A program made the position numbers and the translations under genes. Positions 37,640-38,136 of a stretch of 38,136 nt of DNA are shown in pieces. Positions within the stretch are counted from its first letter, which is position 1. The number at the start of each line of letters is the position of its first letter. The notes under the pieces were generated by a model that did not search any database, was not told where the DNA came from, and saw only the letters and a list, made by a program, of their open reading frames with translations. Origin of the DNA: Polymyxa betae A26-41 (lineage: Eukaryota > Protista > Endomyxa: Phytomyxea); NCBI GenBank assembly GCA_003693705.1, contig RBZT01000490.1, positions 1 to 38,136 of the forward strand, given 5' to 3'.

Positions 37640-37661
37640 AAAAATTGGAAAAACATAAAAA
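37640..37661 (-). terminator. Three consecutive T5 runs (Pol III-type terminator)
   Basis: Plus-strand A5 runs at 37657-37661, 37649-37653 and 37640-37644, directly after the 3' strand of the terminal stem. Confidence 0.4.
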
Positions 37662-37858
37662 GCCTAGCGGTATCGCGATCTCAAACTTGAATGGCGTGAA
37701 ACCCTTTACCTTGATTGGATTCCAGCCCGATCTGACAAGCAGTTTTCATATCACAGTTGCTACAAGTTAATTTTATTGCCTCCAGGGATTTCTGTCTCCG
37801 TTAATTCCCTTCTCTGCTTGGTTGAATGGCTCACCCCTTTTAGGGTTTTAACTAAGCT
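37657..37858 (-). ncRNA. Candidate Pol III structured ncRNA, putative telomerase RNA (template 5'-UAAAACCCUAAAA-3' at 37850-37838)
   Basis: TATA-like box ~30 nt upstream, 5'/3' terminal complementarity, internal stems, T5 terminator and a 13-nt telomere-repeat match; no pseudoknot confidently identified. Confidence 0.45.
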
Positions 37859-37881
37859 ATATGGGGGTTAAAATATTATTC

Positions 37882-37889
37882 CTTAAATA
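37882..37889 (-). promoter_or_regulatory. TATA-like box TATTTAAG of the candidate ncRNA
   Basis: First T is 31 nt upstream of the inferred start at 37858. Confidence 0.35.
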
Positions 37890-38136
37890 GTTTCATTTCG
37901 AGAATTCTAATGCTCCGCCTGAATCCGTTTTATTTGCATAATGCTTCTCTGCAGACGCTGTTCGCTCGCTTGTTTCCAATAACCCACGTTGCTGCTCAAA
38001 GACTCTTGTCTGCAGCCATTTGTAAGGAAAGGCTTTAAAACCCCATCGCACATCTTTTGCAGAAGCAAAATGATTCGACTGCAAGTGCGTTTCCGAAATT
38101 ATCTGCCGATTACGATCGGTGAACCTGAGGCCTCAG

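Noticed and set aside
37855-37875. Plus-strand ATGGGGGTTA resembling RNase MRP/P conserved region V
   Set aside because: No matching CR-I (GAAAGUC-type) partner was found upstream.
37893-38084. 63-aa minus-strand ORF at the window end
   Set aside because: No true ATG start and no motif; it could be the last exon of a gene outside the window but is unsupported.

Overview
Gene-dense eukaryotic nuclear DNA (roughly mid-40s % GC by eye) with many very short (about 45-60 nt) spliceosomal introns and very short intergenic gaps. A ciliary gene (CCDC113-like) points to a flagellated life stage. The architecture suggests a phytomyxid/plasmodiophorid-like protist, which is an inference and not a database result. 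About 20 protein-coding genes can be reconstructed: a BET bromodomain protein, XRCC3-like, NF-YC, MPP-beta, PP2C, CCDC113, PrpD, an LPMO-like secreted protein, dymeclin, TFIP11, RagC/D, two head-to-head beta-carbonic anhydrases, Pol kappa, a LYR protein, an Arc1p/EMAP-II-like protein, an orphan, Fab1/PIKfyve, a BTB protein, RRP7 and CCT3. Two items stand out. (1) A ~200-nt non-coding unit on the minus strand at 37657-37858 has a TATA-like box ~30 nt upstream, complementary 5'/3' ends, internal stems, T5 terminators and a 13-nt match to 1.6 copies of the telomere repeat TTTTAGGG, making it a candidate Pol III telomerase RNA gene. (2) A secreted histidine-brace LPMO-like protein mixes AA9/AA11/AA15 hallmarks and carries two duplicated Cys-rich modules. 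All exon boundaries were inferred by eye.
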